From positions 247,078 through 311,077 of the forward strand of contig JAQGDQ010000235.1 in assembly GCA_030141605.1 (NCBI GenBank): a stretch of 64,000 nt of DNA, given 5' to 3'. Positions 25,701 through 40,700 of this stretch are shown here, one piece after another (position 1 is the stretch's first letter; every line of letters starts with the position of its first letter). This stretch comes from Tubiluchus corallicola (Eukaryota; Animalia; Priapulida). A model generated the notes under the pieces. That model saw only the letters and a list, made by a program, of their open reading frames with translations. It did not search any database and was not told the DNA's origin. Made by a program: the position numbers and the translations under genes.

Positions 25701-28700
25701 TGTGCAATCTCAGAGGCTATTTTTAGTAGCACTTTATTCAGCATGCTTAATTACTATTTATGGGTTTAAAATATTTGTTTTAGTGTTGTTAGTGATTTTG
25801 TGCTGTGTAAACTGAATTAGTGCAGATAAAAAATGTTTCTAGACTTCTGTAATATACAAATAAACATTTGTGTGAATTACTGTAACATGAAAAGCTGTTT
25901 TCTACTAAGCTACTAAAGAAAAATGGAAATATACTTATATTTTGCACAAATACTAATAGATTACACATAAGTGTATTAATATGTGTGTGTTTTTTATCTC
26001 TACAGTAATTGATCCCAGAGATAAGGAGATGTGCCAAAACAGAGATGACTGTTACAGTCCTGTAGAAAATCGTATGTAAATCAACTGTTTTTTTCACCCT
26101 ATCTTAACTTTATAGTTAGTATAAGTATGATCAATTCAGTATTTTATAATGCTTGCTGGATTTAAATATTTTCACTAATTATGATACGAGATTTGTTTTA
26201 CAATGTTTTATGAAATTAACCAAGCTGAAGCTTAATTTGGATTCCACTGAAGTAGCAAGAATCTTAAATTATTGTCCTCAATAATTTATATGCATATGTC
26301 ATTAGTAATTGGTTATTGGTCAAGATACAAATACACAAACATAATCAAAGCTAGACAAGGGCGGTAAGTACATGTAATTCGGTTTCATTATTTCTCTTCC
26401 TACAAATAGATATTATTTATAACCATTACTTTATTGTAGTTTTCTCTAAGCATTGTGAAAAAAGAGTACAGCCACACAGAGTTGTCTAATAATGTTAAAA
26501 ATGTTTGTGTTATGTTTTATGTGTATAAAGCTGGCCCCAGACTTGCCGGAGATAGATGCAACTGCCATTTTTTCGTTGCTACTGTCAAATTGATCAGCCC
26601 AAGATAGTAAATTGTTTACTTTAACACCAAAAAATTTCACCTTGTTATTGATATGTAATAGTTTCCAACCTGTAAATGTAGTTTGTAAAATCATGGTTAT
26701 TTCATAGTATCTGCAGTGGGTACCTAGATATGAAAGTAATTACATAATTCTATTCCAACAGTGAAAATGCAGATATTATTTGTAATGCGATGACCATTGT
26801 TTAAAAATTTGAACATTAAATTTCGCCTTCTTCTGAGGCCATCAGCATGTAATAACTGAACGCTTGTTGTTAACATAACTCTACAGTTAGTAAAAATGTG
26901 CCAGTGGTTATTTTTGTTTAGGAATTTCTTCACTGTTGCTAAATCTTAACAATTGGGTACCCAACTGGTATAATGAAATGGGGCATTCATTGTTTATTCT
27001 AAGTTTGACTATATAAATACCTGATTGATGTTTGTTTTTTCCTCCAGTTGGTATTTTGCGATGTTGATACTTTCATATGCTAACGAAATCATTGTGTCAT
27101 CCACATAATGATTGATATAATATAGGAAAACTGTAATGCATCTCTAAAATTGTTTACATATAGAATGAATTAAATTGGTCCTAATACTGTTCTTCCTCGC
27201 TGCATATCATTGCATTCTGAAAGTGTGTTAGTTGGAGAAAAGCAAATTAACTGTGGCAAAAAGTAAAGTATTAGGATTGGTAATTGATGATCATTTAAGT
27301 TTTAATGACCACGCTAAGAAGGTAAATGACGTGCGTGGAACAAATGGCACAAAGTAAGCAGTTCCGTTCAAAATGTAATGGCTCCCAAATGAAAACTATA
27401 ATTATTCTGTTCAAAATTGATGTTCTGCCGGGGATCTTATATGCGGCGCCATCATGGTTGTATAAAAAATTAGTTGCATTTGAAGATATTTGGTACGATG
27501 TTTAAAAAACTGCCACATGCATGGGTTACAATCTCTCAAAGCAAGAGCTAGGTATTATATATGGCCTACCACCAATACATATTTTATTTTTTGGCCAAGT
27601 GAGCAAATTTATGCTAGAAAATTTATCGAGGCCATCAGAAGATCTAGTTAAGTGTGAAATTTTAGAAGGTGACTGTTTTAAGAGCCCAGGCTAATAACTA
27701 TAGGCATTTCCTGGCAAAACATCTAAATACAGTCAGATCTTTCCTTAAAACAGCAAAAAATGTAGAGCTTTCATGAAATTGTAGTATCCTTAAGGTAGAA
27801 ACAGATGCTTTGACATACAATAAAATTGAACTAGATTGGTACCTAATTCATCTTTGGAAAAGAAAAATTATGAAGTTTACCGGAATATCCAGCCAACTAA
27901 TGATTTACAGTTATGCCTAAAACATTTTAATCTGCTTCCTGAAAAATATGAAAGAAAACTTGAAACTAGAATTTTAAATTTATTGTTAGGGTGTAGCTGC
28001 AAAGCCTTTTATAAAAGACTGGGTCTGATGGAGAGTGGATCTGTATCTGTGGTGCAGATAGCCAAATGCATGAGCATTTAATTTTTGATTGCAATTTGGT
28101 TGATTTTAATACAAGAACTAAGTTGAAATTAATTGTTTGTTCTCGTCAAGTCCAAAAAATCTATCACTATCGCAGTGATCGAGCCAAAGAATTAAAGATA
28201 ATCATAAAAGACTTAATACGAAGAAATATTGTGTAAATAGATATTTAAAAATATGTAAAAAAATGATCAAGACGAACTATTAATTAAGGAAAATATAAAA
28301 ATCTGATGCTAATAAATATTGTGTGTAAAAATGTCACTCAAAAATATTAAGGAAAAAAGGAAAAACGTACAATAATATTATGTAGTTGTTTATAAAAATA
28401 ATGCCGTACATTATCACAGTGGATATAACTAATATTGACACTTGTTTGTATGTATTGTGTTTAGTACGTATGTACTGCTATTATTTATAAACTATGAAAC
28501 TTCTAATTATTGACCATATTGCCATGTAAATGGAGGGCTAGGTAATAATTTTGAGCTTTGTATATGTATCTATATATAGGACTGCTTAGCTTTGGGTACC
28601 TATTCTATTTGCACATGTACACATCAGTAAAAACGTATCTCAGGCACAGTAAAAATTTAGCTGTGTACTTTACTAATTGTAACTGCATATTGTTCTGGAG

Positions 28701-31700
28701 GAAATAACAAGGAAGAAAAAAAAAAGTGGTTTTATGGATTGCACACTTTTAGTTAAACAGGAGAACATCTCATGCTGTTCAATTACTTACTTTACACTTA
28801 TTGCATGCTACTATCCAAATAGTATAGGCCTGTTGTAGTCTTGTAAAATCTCTAAATTCTTTTGCTTCCACTGTGACATTTTTCTAAGTACAGAAATACA
28901 CCAAAAACTGGTTGTACAACATTAATGAGCTAAAAGTTTATACAATTTGTGCTATTCACATAAAAAATTGCCATATTCCATACAAACTTCAAAGCCACTG
29001 ATTCTTAGTACATTTTTGACCAATGTGTTTTAATGTGATCGAATTTGTTTTAAGACAATAAATATGAAAACAAAAACACTATAGGATTGACGGCAATGGC
29101 GAGGTTGTTTATGTCACGTGGTTATTGTGACAATTAAAGTGGTCGTGTAGACAGCAAGTGTGGCTGAATGTCTCCTGCAACGGACAAACTTTAGTGTGAA
29201 CATGAAATTTTGCTTGCAAGAAACATGCATCGATGTGCACAAAAATGGAAGAAGCGAATGCTTTGGAGGACATGGATATCAAAATGTTATTAAAAAACAC
29301 TGCTGAGATGGTGCAAATAAGCTAGCTGTTAACAAATTATGGATACCCATTTACAGTTGCCAAAAAATCTAAAATTACGAAAATTGTTCACCTCACAGTG
29401 ATTAAATGGCAAAGGTTTGCCTTACATGAAATAAGAACATCAGGGCAAAACTAACTCCTCTATACAGTTATTTGCAAAAATCTTTTTCACTATCTGTGAA
29501 TAGTTTGTTAAGTCTAGTTATTGAGCTGCATTTTGCAATTATGTTTCACTTGTATTGTCGAGTTTGCAATTGCTTTCATACATCAGTGGTTTTATTTTTT
29601 AAGTTTTATGTATTGTTTGGAACAACATATAACACTTGCTGTGGGAGATTTAAGTTGCCTTTGGCATTTTCCTAGCATTTGCAATGACAATAAATCCCAG
29701 CATTTTGTGTTGCAGTTGCTTTGTATGATCAATATTACATTGATCTTCCACAAGTAGAGTCTACAGTGATGTCCACGATTCCATACGGCTCCTCAGTACC
29801 CCGCACCATCGAACCGACTCCAGATATTGACCCCACCCCAATTCTGCCAGGATGGAATGTTAAAGAACCAAAAATGCACCCGCTATCTATTGTAGCCAAT
29901 CAAATAACTGCACGTTCTAGTGGTAAGTAATACTCGCGAATATCAAAATCAGATTTGAGCTACCAAAATCTGGATGTTTAGTGACTCCAATAAATGCAGA
30001 GAGTTTAGTTGAATGATGTAAGGCAATGTTTGAAGTGTAACTGTCTTAAACTGTTTTTGAGCAGTTACAATAAAAAATTGTACTATAAATCATGCACTTC
30101 AGTAACAGTTGCTATATGCTATAATGTCATTGAATTTCAGTATCTTTAATGAGGTCATAGATGGAAAAAGTTATTATGCCTAGTTACCTTTTGCACTTGT
30201 TGGTCACAGCAAAATGCTTCTTTGTCTTAGTGTTTGTGTTGAATGCTTATGGTTCAGTCGTTTTATAAGCATGTATCATAGGTTTAGATGAAGTGGCTGC
30301 CCATAGAGACATTGCTAGGTTATGTGTAAAACAATACTTCGAAAGTGTGTCGCTCAAGGGCAGTTTGTGCTTAACAATTGAATGCAGTTTTACCCGCTCA
30401 TTGTTTGTCGAGCAGTAGAGCATAGAATTTGTATTAAAACATGGCGCCCATGTTTTGCCTCACTTTTTGTGCAAACCTAGCAATCTTTCTCTGGGGACAC
30501 ATCTAAATCTGTGGCATATACACACCTACATTTTTTTCAGTATTAGTGGCCCAGAAAGATGTTAGTAAACTTGAAGAGCAAGAACAGGCTTGTTGGGACG
30601 AAGGTCAGTAAAAGTTGATTTAATGTCAAGATTGACATTCCTTGTTAGCATGATACAGAGCAGTGGAAATTAACAAATTTGACTTTTTTGTGAAATTAGT
30701 TTGATCTTACGCAATCGAAATTGTCATTAATCTTTCTCATCTTGATTGCATTTATTCATAAATTAACTAGAGTAAGCTATTAGTGCAAAAATATGCTCTA
30801 ATTAGCTATTATAAATAACCTTAAACATTCTTTTGCACTGGGACAACTTTACACGAAATTCTGGGCAAAGTGTGTCTCCATTCAGTACAGTACAGTTTCA
30901 GTTCATTTACAGATTATTTATTTGTAGTTGCCACAATATTAAAATATTATGAGTGGCGCTGTACAAAATAAGAGAAAATCACCTAAAATCTAAAAATAAC
31001 TTTACACATCACAAGAAGCACAAAGTCACAAGAAGAATCAGTTTCCTTAACTTTTAAGTTAATTTTATTACAGGCACATGAAAATATTAATAGTTAAAAA
31101 CAACACAACTTTATTAAAAACTTTTACATTAATAAGTTAAAATCATTTCAAACAAACGTTACAATATTATTTCTCATTCGGGTTCCACATTGGCAACAAC
31201 AGTATACTAAAATATTGTACTGTGTTAACATTTAGTGAAGTTCCTAGTCTTCCCTTCTAAACTTTTACTTTAAGCAGTTTTTACTAATGTTCCGTTGAAT
31301 TTTAATTCCTCTGATTGATCCCTTTATGCCACTTCTTCCTCTTTCTTTTCTTTCTGTGCTAGGTTTTTAAATTAATCTAACATTGCTGGTATAAACTCTT
31401 TCTTTTTTCTGCTAAAACTTTAGTACTGCAAAGCATTAGCAACATCATATCTCACTTCTGGAATTTGCTCTGTATAAGGATTATTTTCATAAAAAATTTC
31501 AACTGCAAGATCAATATTGTATTTTAAACGTATCGCGGGGATGTTTATTTGGAAGCCGTTTCTGTTTAACATGTTTAACATACTAGTGTTGTTCTAATAA
31601 TGTAAATGCTATTGAATGCATCAATAATTAACCTAGTAATGTAATAAGAGAGATTTTGTCTCAGAGAAATGTTATCTCTAGCACATGGGAGTGAGAAATT

Positions 31701-34700
31701 AGGTAATGGTCAGCAGTGAATTATAGCAGCAGATTCTGACTGCTATATAAGGCAAATTACTTATTAATTATTACAAATATGTAAATTACAAATTAAATAT
31801 CACTAAGACGATTTCCGTTAATAGGTCTTCTTCATAAAATGCGAGTGCAGTATACAAAATTTCAGTACTTGGAAACCAAAAAAATCATCGTTAAACTGAA
31901 ACACATCGTTGAGTGAATGAAAAGTGTCAAAAGATCAACATCGTTAAGCAAAAACTTACTATACCAAACAGTACAAATAGTTTGTTAACAATACATTTGT
32001 TAAGTTAAAGTTAAGCTGACGTTAACATTAAAGTTAATGTTAAAGCTGACGTTGACTAAAGTTAAAGTTATTTGCTTTTTAGCACGTACCTGTTTAAAAA
32101 TCTTTTGGTTTTATCAGCTTTGATTGCCATTATTCTTTTTCACAAAGTAACGCATATATTTAATAATGATTTTTTGTCAATAACGGTGAAAAATCTAATG
32201 GTGCAGAAATGTCCTAAAATTGCATTCTTGTTAAGTATGGTCATTTTGTAAATGAATGCCTGTTAGTTACTTTGCTTATTAAACTTTTAGTTGATATTAA
32301 TTGTATTATTATGAATGTTAGAATTTTCTCATTGTTTACTGTGGAACAGCTTTATCGGAAATTAAAAGAATATACAGTAATGTTAATACTAGTGATTATT
32401 ACTTATATTTTTAGCAAAGAAGAGTAGAGACAAAGCATTCCTTAGAAGTAAGTAAAAATGCCAATGTCATCGTCAGTAATAATTAGTTATTCAATTAATT
32501 CGAAACAGATACTTTAGATTATATAAACGTTTGTTTTTGAATATACTTATTTCTGTATAAAATTTTTATATATTCTTCAAAAATCCATTTTAGTAATTTT
32601 CAATCAGATAGAAATTTAGAAACAAATAATTATTGTAACTTTGATTCATTTTAAATTGTTTTGTTTTGTTTTCTTGCAGAGATGAAGAAGTGGTAAGTAT
32701 TGTGATGTGTTATGCAATCTCATTTCTGTCAGATTTCTTTCTTAATTCCTGATGTCTTTCTGAAGTTGTCTTGGTCTTCTGTAATTTATTTGTGCAAATT
32801 TTATCAGTTTGACTGTTTATGATTTATAGTGCTCTCTTGTGCCCATGACATGGTGTTTTGGTGAATTTCATAAATTTTGAGTAAGGTGCTCTCACACTGA
32901 TTGCTTTTCAACTGTATTTTAAATGCAATTAATTAGTTATTAAAAAACTGATTTTATAAGTGCTGATCGAAATAGACACATTCAGTGTATTGTTGTATTT
33001 TACTGCGTTGGTACTATGCCATGTAGTTGTATTTCAGAAGTATGAAATTCCTTAAAAAATATTACACTCTCAGGTTTGTATTTATCACTAGACATTGATA
33101 TGCAAAGTGGAATTTGGCTCATATGTTGTCAGCATCATTTTCTGCTGCTGTTGACTGAGAAAAGTAGACCCATGTGCTTTCTGTCTAAGTTAAATCTGAA
33201 TGACTTACTGCAGCAGCTAACAAAAACTCTTATTTATACTTTAAAAGCAAATTATTTTTGTTCTTTATTTGCGGTTTATTGTGGAACTACTTCTACCCTC
33301 ATGCGCACGCTTGCGTTTCTTGTGTGTGTCTTTATATTTGTCTATAGCATACAAGATTTTGATAGTATTTAACATTTAATAATAATGTTTTACATTCTTA
33401 CATGCTTTCACAATACTGTAATACAACAACGTTAAAATCCTTTTTCTGCAAGTGCATTAGCCATGATAAAATGGAAAAACTGATTATTAAAAAACTAGTT
33501 TTGACAATATTGTTTCGGTTGTTGTGTAAAAATATAATTTATTTCTAATTTTAATTTTACGAAATTAGGAATAGCTTTGTGCCCTTAACAGTTTCTTACA
33601 CATTGTATGCTTATTGGCTTTCTTTACTGAAACTAGTTTGTACAGTTCTGGTATTCAATTTTTGCTGTTTACGAGTGCGTAAGTGGACTTATTTATTCTA
33701 GGATGAAAAATGGTTTACTCTGTACTCAAATTACAATCCTGCTTGATTTTCGAATGATGAACGTTGAAGATGTTACGCTCGATGATTTGCTGAAGTTGCC
33801 TCCCGAAATTTTTAAATATCTGGAAGTATGTACTTGTGAAAACATGTTTTACCAAAATTAAGTAGGCATTTTGAATGTGGCCTAATTATTTGATTATTGC
33901 AGTACAGTAACTGTCAACCCAGTGTAATGTAGTTTGTACTGCAGAAATGGAAGCACTGGAAGCTACATCCAACCAAAATTATGTAGCATATAGTGTGAAT
34001 CTTGAAATGAGCGAATTAAAGAGTAGGCTAGCAGATGAACGTATGAGTTAATAAATGAATAAGTGGTGATGGATGTGGTAAAAAAAGGATAAACAGAGCT
34101 TAATATTTTAATTTGTGAATGAATTAAGTGTGCAAACTAGGAGCATTACCAATACTGTAAGTTCTCCCTCAGTGATGCTAATACATTCCAGCAAAATCTG
34201 CCGTTAAGGAAAACATTGCCTTCCATAGAAAACCATGTAAAAACATTCAGCTGGGTTCCCCACCCAAAGATCAGTAATGCTTGGCTTATGTAAGTGTGCT
34301 CAGTATGTTGCCATGCAAGATAAAGATCAATAATGTCTGGCTGTGTAAAGCACTTGCTGTGCAAAAATAAAGGAAAACCAGACCATTGTTTTGACTCGAT
34401 CTCATTTTTATTTACTGTCCAAAATATACATTTTCTTGCCTATAAAAGTTAGCAATTGTTTCTTATATTTGAATAATTAGCTTAGAAAGTTAATTAACGG
34501 CAATCAAACACAGCTATTGCATACGTCAGAAACTAACCAGTTTGTGTAATGGCAGACATATTTCCTTGCACGTCAAGCACGTTTGTGTAAGTGTTACTGT
34601 TTAAACACATGATATCTGGAGAATGAGCTCTACATCATATGACATCTGAAACTAACACTGCAGCTCATTATTATGGTTATCATGGTACCGCCTTCTATTT

Positions 34701-37700
34701 GTTGGCCACACAAATATGACAAAAAAGTGCCATTGCCAATCTTAGTAGATTCACTGAGCCGTGCATAGCTTTAAAAGTTTAACAAAATTTGAGTATCAGA
34801 GTTTATTATTATTTAATCTAAGCTTTGATTTAAAAAAGCTATTGTAGTTTTCAATACTTTAGAGCAGTCTTTATTCTGAACTAATGTTAACAACTTTACA
34901 CCATTGTCCGGTTTTCCTTTAATAATGTTTGGCTCATAAATAAAACACTTTACAAGGTTTATTCCTGACAATTTTTAACTAAAAGCTAAAGAGAATTAAA
35001 GTTTGCACTAAAAATTCAAATTTGAAAATAGACTCTTTCTTGCATTGATGTATCTTCCTATGATTGATCCCCTTTTGTCATTTCTTCTTACTTCTATGCT
35101 TGTTTTTTTACAAACAAATCTAGCGCTGGTTGCATAGACTCTTTATTTTCTCTCCTAAGACTTTTTGAACACTGTAAAACATTAGCAACATGTTGTCCCA
35201 CTTCTTAGTTTTGCAAAACAACTGGATTATTTTCACAAAAAATTCAAGTTTTTTGTAAGATGTCTGTGCCGCACTAACTTTGAAGTGTTTCAATGCTAAC
35301 CAAACCGAAACGTGCAAGTTTATAAAAAAATAAAGCTGTTATTTTGTATCAGGCTAGTCAGTGGTGACAGCAAGCATCTACCAGGGTGTCAATGGACCTT
35401 TAAAAGATGTGAAGCACAGATAGCTGATTTTCGGTGTCTTATTATCTAGCATTTTGGTTGTTTTGGATGGAGAGTATTTGCAGTAGTGTTTTGGTCATTT
35501 TGGATGGACACAGTATTTGCAGTACCAATGCCATCGTGCCAAAAGTCTCAGTTAAACACTTTATCTTTCTGATCTAATGGGATAGCTAATGTGAAACGAG
35601 TTTACAATATTTTCAATGTGTTCTATTTGCATAACTTGCACGTTTTGCACTTTATCAGCTTTAAATAATAGTCATCTACATTAAAATACCCTTATGTGTG
35701 CCCGTCGCATGAGGCACTTTTTCTTGTACAAAAAGCATCCTTTCTATTGCCGAAAATAATTTGTTGCGTCGCTCGATTAACATTACTTAATGTGTTTCAT
35801 TGTTTTGCACTGATCATCCCGCTGAATAATCTCTCTCTCGCTGATTCAGATTAAGGCTTCTAAGACTTGCTGTTTTATTTGTTGCAGAAAGTGGCGGAAA
35901 TTCTTGTACAACGCTACTATACGTCAACTCCTGTTTACTAATAGTATTCAGTTTAGGATCTTTCAAATGAGGGGGCGATGCCATTTTTGCCAATTGATTC
36001 TGGGGTGTCTGGTTTCTGCTCCTGACTGATACGTCTCTATCATTTCGACCTTTAATATTAGAAATGTCATTCACATTTTCACCATTGACTGCTTGCTATT
36101 CTCAAGCGAATCCTTAATTTTATTTAGACGATCTAAGATGGCAAAAATACCTTTCTCACCTGGACTGAATTGAGGGATTCTGTCAAAGTTTATAGCATAA
36201 AAACGGGCATACTATCCTCTTCGTCTAGCTTTTGCATTGCTGCCATGATATCATCCATTTTCAGCCTGTTGGCTGTTTTAAAAGATGAGCCCCTTCTCAT
36301 ATGAATTTTTCCTATGAGTAAGTCATTAACCACAGTTTCCTAAAGTATTCTCTTGGTTTTCCATATTTCTTCTTTATTGTAAAAGTTACATATTGTGTTT
36401 TTCATGTCTTTAACACTATATTTTTGCATATGATGAATCATGTAAGCAAGCAGTTCATTTTGATCCACAAATTCGTTCCACATTGCTGAGGCACAATGCA
36501 GCTTGTACCATGTTCAAAAATATATTTTGCTTTATATTTTTGCAGTACTATTTTCCTAAGTATACTAAGTAAACAATATATATAAAATGCTGTTGCACAC
36601 TGGAGCAATTAGTCGACACGTCTATACACCTTGACGGCCAATATGCCAATTCGCCAGTATGACATTCTGAAAATTCTTTACTATTTTGAAATTGCAGTAC
36701 AATTTTTAATTTGTTAGTAGCATAAAAAAAGAATATTTACTCATAACAATTTAAACAAATATGGACAATATATAATACAGCAGTTAGTCAAGGGGAGTAC
36801 AATGAAAATAATTCATTGCTTAATTTTGACCTAGCCATTCTAGTATCAGATTAAGTACATTTCTGTTCAAAAATGATAAATGATTTAGCTGGATTGAATT
36901 CCCAATATTTTTCACAAATAATACAGGATAATTCTTCCCATTAGTCACATTGTAAACGCACTAAGAGGCAATCTGTCCTACATGCATAATTGCACTTTTA
37001 GCATTATACACATTTCGATTGTTGTGATATTTAATTCTAAATAGTTGTGAGTTTTAACCCAAAGTAGAATTTTTCAAAATTAATTGCACTTTTTGCAAAA
37101 AAAGTTTACGAGACAGTTTTGACTAGTAAAACACAATGCATAAAATTTAGCAAATCTGATATCAAACTGGTAACTATGTGGCATAATTCTACCATTTATA
37201 TGCAGATGTATATATCTAGCAGTACGATATGGTAATTGCCATAACTTTCTGACACCAATATTCCATGCTGTATCAATAATATCTGTTTTAACTATTTTAG
37301 CTGTGCTATTCAAAAATTACTTATAAACTTTTAGTTCTAAAAATAAAGTCATTTCGTTTAGATAATAGTTTGGTATTGACAGAGAGATTGGCTGTTAATG
37401 GTGTCCTCAACTGCAGCGCTTTATCACACCAAGTTAGAGTCATTTTATTTAGCACAATTCTGGGATTTATGTTTTTTGGTACATTTCTTTGTGAGTAAAA
37501 CATTGTGCACTTGCTTTTAATTTTGTCACATTTAATATTTGCAAAATCAATGTCAAATTGATTGGCATAATATTCGCAAACTTTGATTACTGATTGGAGG
37601 ATTTAAACTAGGAGACAGTAAACTAAGATCATCCGCACAGCCAGGGCGCCACAATATCGGCTGGCAACAAAACATCCGTTTTTTGACACATGCAATTTTT

Positions 37701-40700
37701 TCAACAATCCATCAAGATATACCCCAAATAAAACTGGAGAAAAATTGGCACCCTGCCGTACACCATTGGGGCAAGCAAAGTACAATGGTTTTGCCGTTGT
37801 TCCATGTAATACAAATCTGTGCTTTGTATACAAATTTAGAAGATGGTATTTGGTATCAAGTAATGTTGTTACAACATTTTAAACTATTATTGTAGTTGAC
37901 CTTCTCAAAGGGTTTGGATGCATCAAGTAGGGTACAGTAAACAATTGATCCATTTTGAAGAGAATGTTTAACCATAGTAGTAGATATTTTTCTTTTGAAA
38001 CCAAAACTGTAGGTCAGAAGTTTGAAGAACATGTTCATATTTGATTAAAATTAGCCAATCAAGAATTTTACAAATGGGCGAAGTCGTAGCATTGCCCCGA
38101 CAGTTGTCTTTATCAGATAAATTACCACACACATCTTTACGAATGGGAGTGATAAAAGACTGTAATAACCAGGTACTATGAATACTCATACAATGATGTA
38201 CAGTACCAGCATTACCATCATATTTGCCCTCTTTAATGTGTTTTAAAGGGTTCGTGACCTATCCTATATACTAGACGTAGGGGCATAGCATTCTACAGAA
38301 GACAATTTTACTAAACTTTTGCCTAAATACATTCCTCTCATCTTCATCATATCCGACTAGGTTGTAGAAATGGTTATAATTGTTTGTAAAAGTATTAGCA
38401 ATGAGTATAGGGTCAGTTACATTATCAACACATACGGGTTTATTCGGTAATTTCTCTTATTTTATTCGTTAAACAAATTTCTAGAATTATTAGAAATTGC
38501 GTGCTCAACCATTTTTTTAAGTGTTCATCATTAATATTATGCTCAAGTGTTTTAACTATAAGATGGTAGCATGCCTGCATGAAGCTCCTGGTATCAGCAA
38601 TAAGGCCATTGTGAGGCTTGTCACAAGAAATCCATAAATCATGCCAAATTGAAGCAGTTTGGCCTAATGGTTCTGTATTTTCGTTCCACCCAGGTATAAT
38701 TTTGCCTTTTTATATATTTCTAGTAAGGGGAAAGTTTTGTTATCAGCCTCAATACCCGAATTAATAATGTCATTACAATATTCATTTAATTAAGTGAGCA
38801 TTGTGCCTGATATTTGTGCAGCAACCACATGCTGTTTGGATACGTTGCAAATTTATATCTAACATGAATTCATATGCATTTAACTGGTTGATGTTTACTC
38901 TGCACCATGAAAGTCATGGTTCGCCATGATGTATGCTGCATCTCAGGGCTACAATTTTCTGTTATACCTATGCTATTTAATTTTAACATTATTGGACAGT
39001 GGTCCCTTAGACTGTCGCCTAAATGATGTGCGTCAAAAGCTGCAGTATTTTTGATCAGTCTCCTGTTAACAATAAAATGATCAATAAAAGATTTAGTAGA
39101 TGTATGTTCATTAAAATATGTATAATCTACTTCACAAAAATTGCTTGAAATGCAGTTACAAATCTTTCAATAAATAATGCAATCACCCTGACATGCACTG
39201 AATTTCTTTTAAAGTTGGAAGTTAAGTAGCAGTCTATAATAACTTGATTGGGTTTATAAATATGAATTAAACGCTCTATCCATTGATAACATTGATAGTT
39301 TCTTGAAATGCATCTGGGTTATTAGTACCAGTGTCGTAGGGCATATAAGCATAAATTATTAGTGTGGAGGTATTTTCTTTATTGATTTTTGAAGAACAAA
39401 CATGCCGGGACAATGATTTGACAGGAACAAAAGTACAATCCAGAGATTTCCTTCAAAATGCAGCCACCATAAGGTAGCTCAATAATATGTCAGCTGTACC
39501 ATCAATGCCTGAATTGTTGCAATTAGCCAATAATTGGTTTAATTTTAATAATTGGTTCTCTAGAAACCAATGTTCTTGCAACAGTAATATATCACGATTT
39601 TCTAACAATGATTTAAGGAATACTTGTCTATCTAATTTCAAATCCCTGCTATTAAAACTAATAAACGACAAACAATTCATTGTGATTTTGCATTGTGCTC
39701 ATTCTCCTCTTTAGGCCTTATGTACACTCTACATCCCACATCGCAGGGCCAAAATTCAGGTTTAAAAACCTCATTGATGAATCTGGCTTCAATTGTAATC
39801 TTAAAAGACTTATACCTCGCTTTGGCATGTGAGTATGATTCTGACGAGCATTCTGTTCCAATAATGATGTATTGTCTTCTTCTTCTGCTGCCATTTGGGA
39901 AGCTGGCATGCATCCTTGCTCTCATTGGATTTGGAGTTTTCTGGCTGCCTATCGCCAAGTTTTTGCTTGAGCACCTGTGAGAATGTGCGTGAGACTGCTC
40001 TGATCCTGCCTATCTCTGTGAGTAGAGCCGATTTTTATTGGGTTGTCTGTCTGACATCCATCGTGTTAACTGCTCTCTCCGATGCTGAATTTTAACTGGA
40101 CTGTTGCATTGTACTGATAATATCTTTGTCCTTTATAGTGAGATAATTCAGGTTAGGGTTCCACTAAGGTTTAAGTCCTTTAGTGAGTATTTAGGAAAGC
40201 GATCTAAATTTTTTGCGACAAACAGAAATTAATCACGATAATCATCAATCTATGACTTTTTGTCCCTGAAGTAGATCAGAAAGGTATGGTTCGTATGCAG
40301 AGCTAACACCAGACTTTTGCCTAGTTTCTGTTATTGAGGTAATTATGAATAGGTCCGAAAATTGTGCGAACTTGGAACTTGTTTGGCCACGCTGTATTCA
40401 CTGAAAATTTGTTTGTTTTATATAAAAACATAAGGTGTTTTTCACAAATGACCTAAAAACGCTGTCAGTTACAAAAATACCAACTGCATTCCTGATTCTT
40501 TCACCTACAAGAAAGTGTAAGTTCTATTAACATACTTTTGTTGAAAAATCAATAAATTCACATTATCGTCATAGCCCAAATTCGCATCACATGCCTTGTA
40601 GCAAAGTGACCACACGTAAATGATATAGTAGATGGCAAATGATCATACCACTTCTTTTGTGCCAACTTGGCATATTTGTAAAGTTTGGTGTACCTCTCTT

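Noticed and set aside
33923-34040. Open segment (..EMEALEATSNQNYVAYSVNLEMSELKSRLADE) with a GTATGA donor
   Set aside because: It ends in phase 1 while the next exon (44990) needs phase 0, the nearest strong acceptor (33902) gives a stop, and 33825 joins 44990 cleanly without it.
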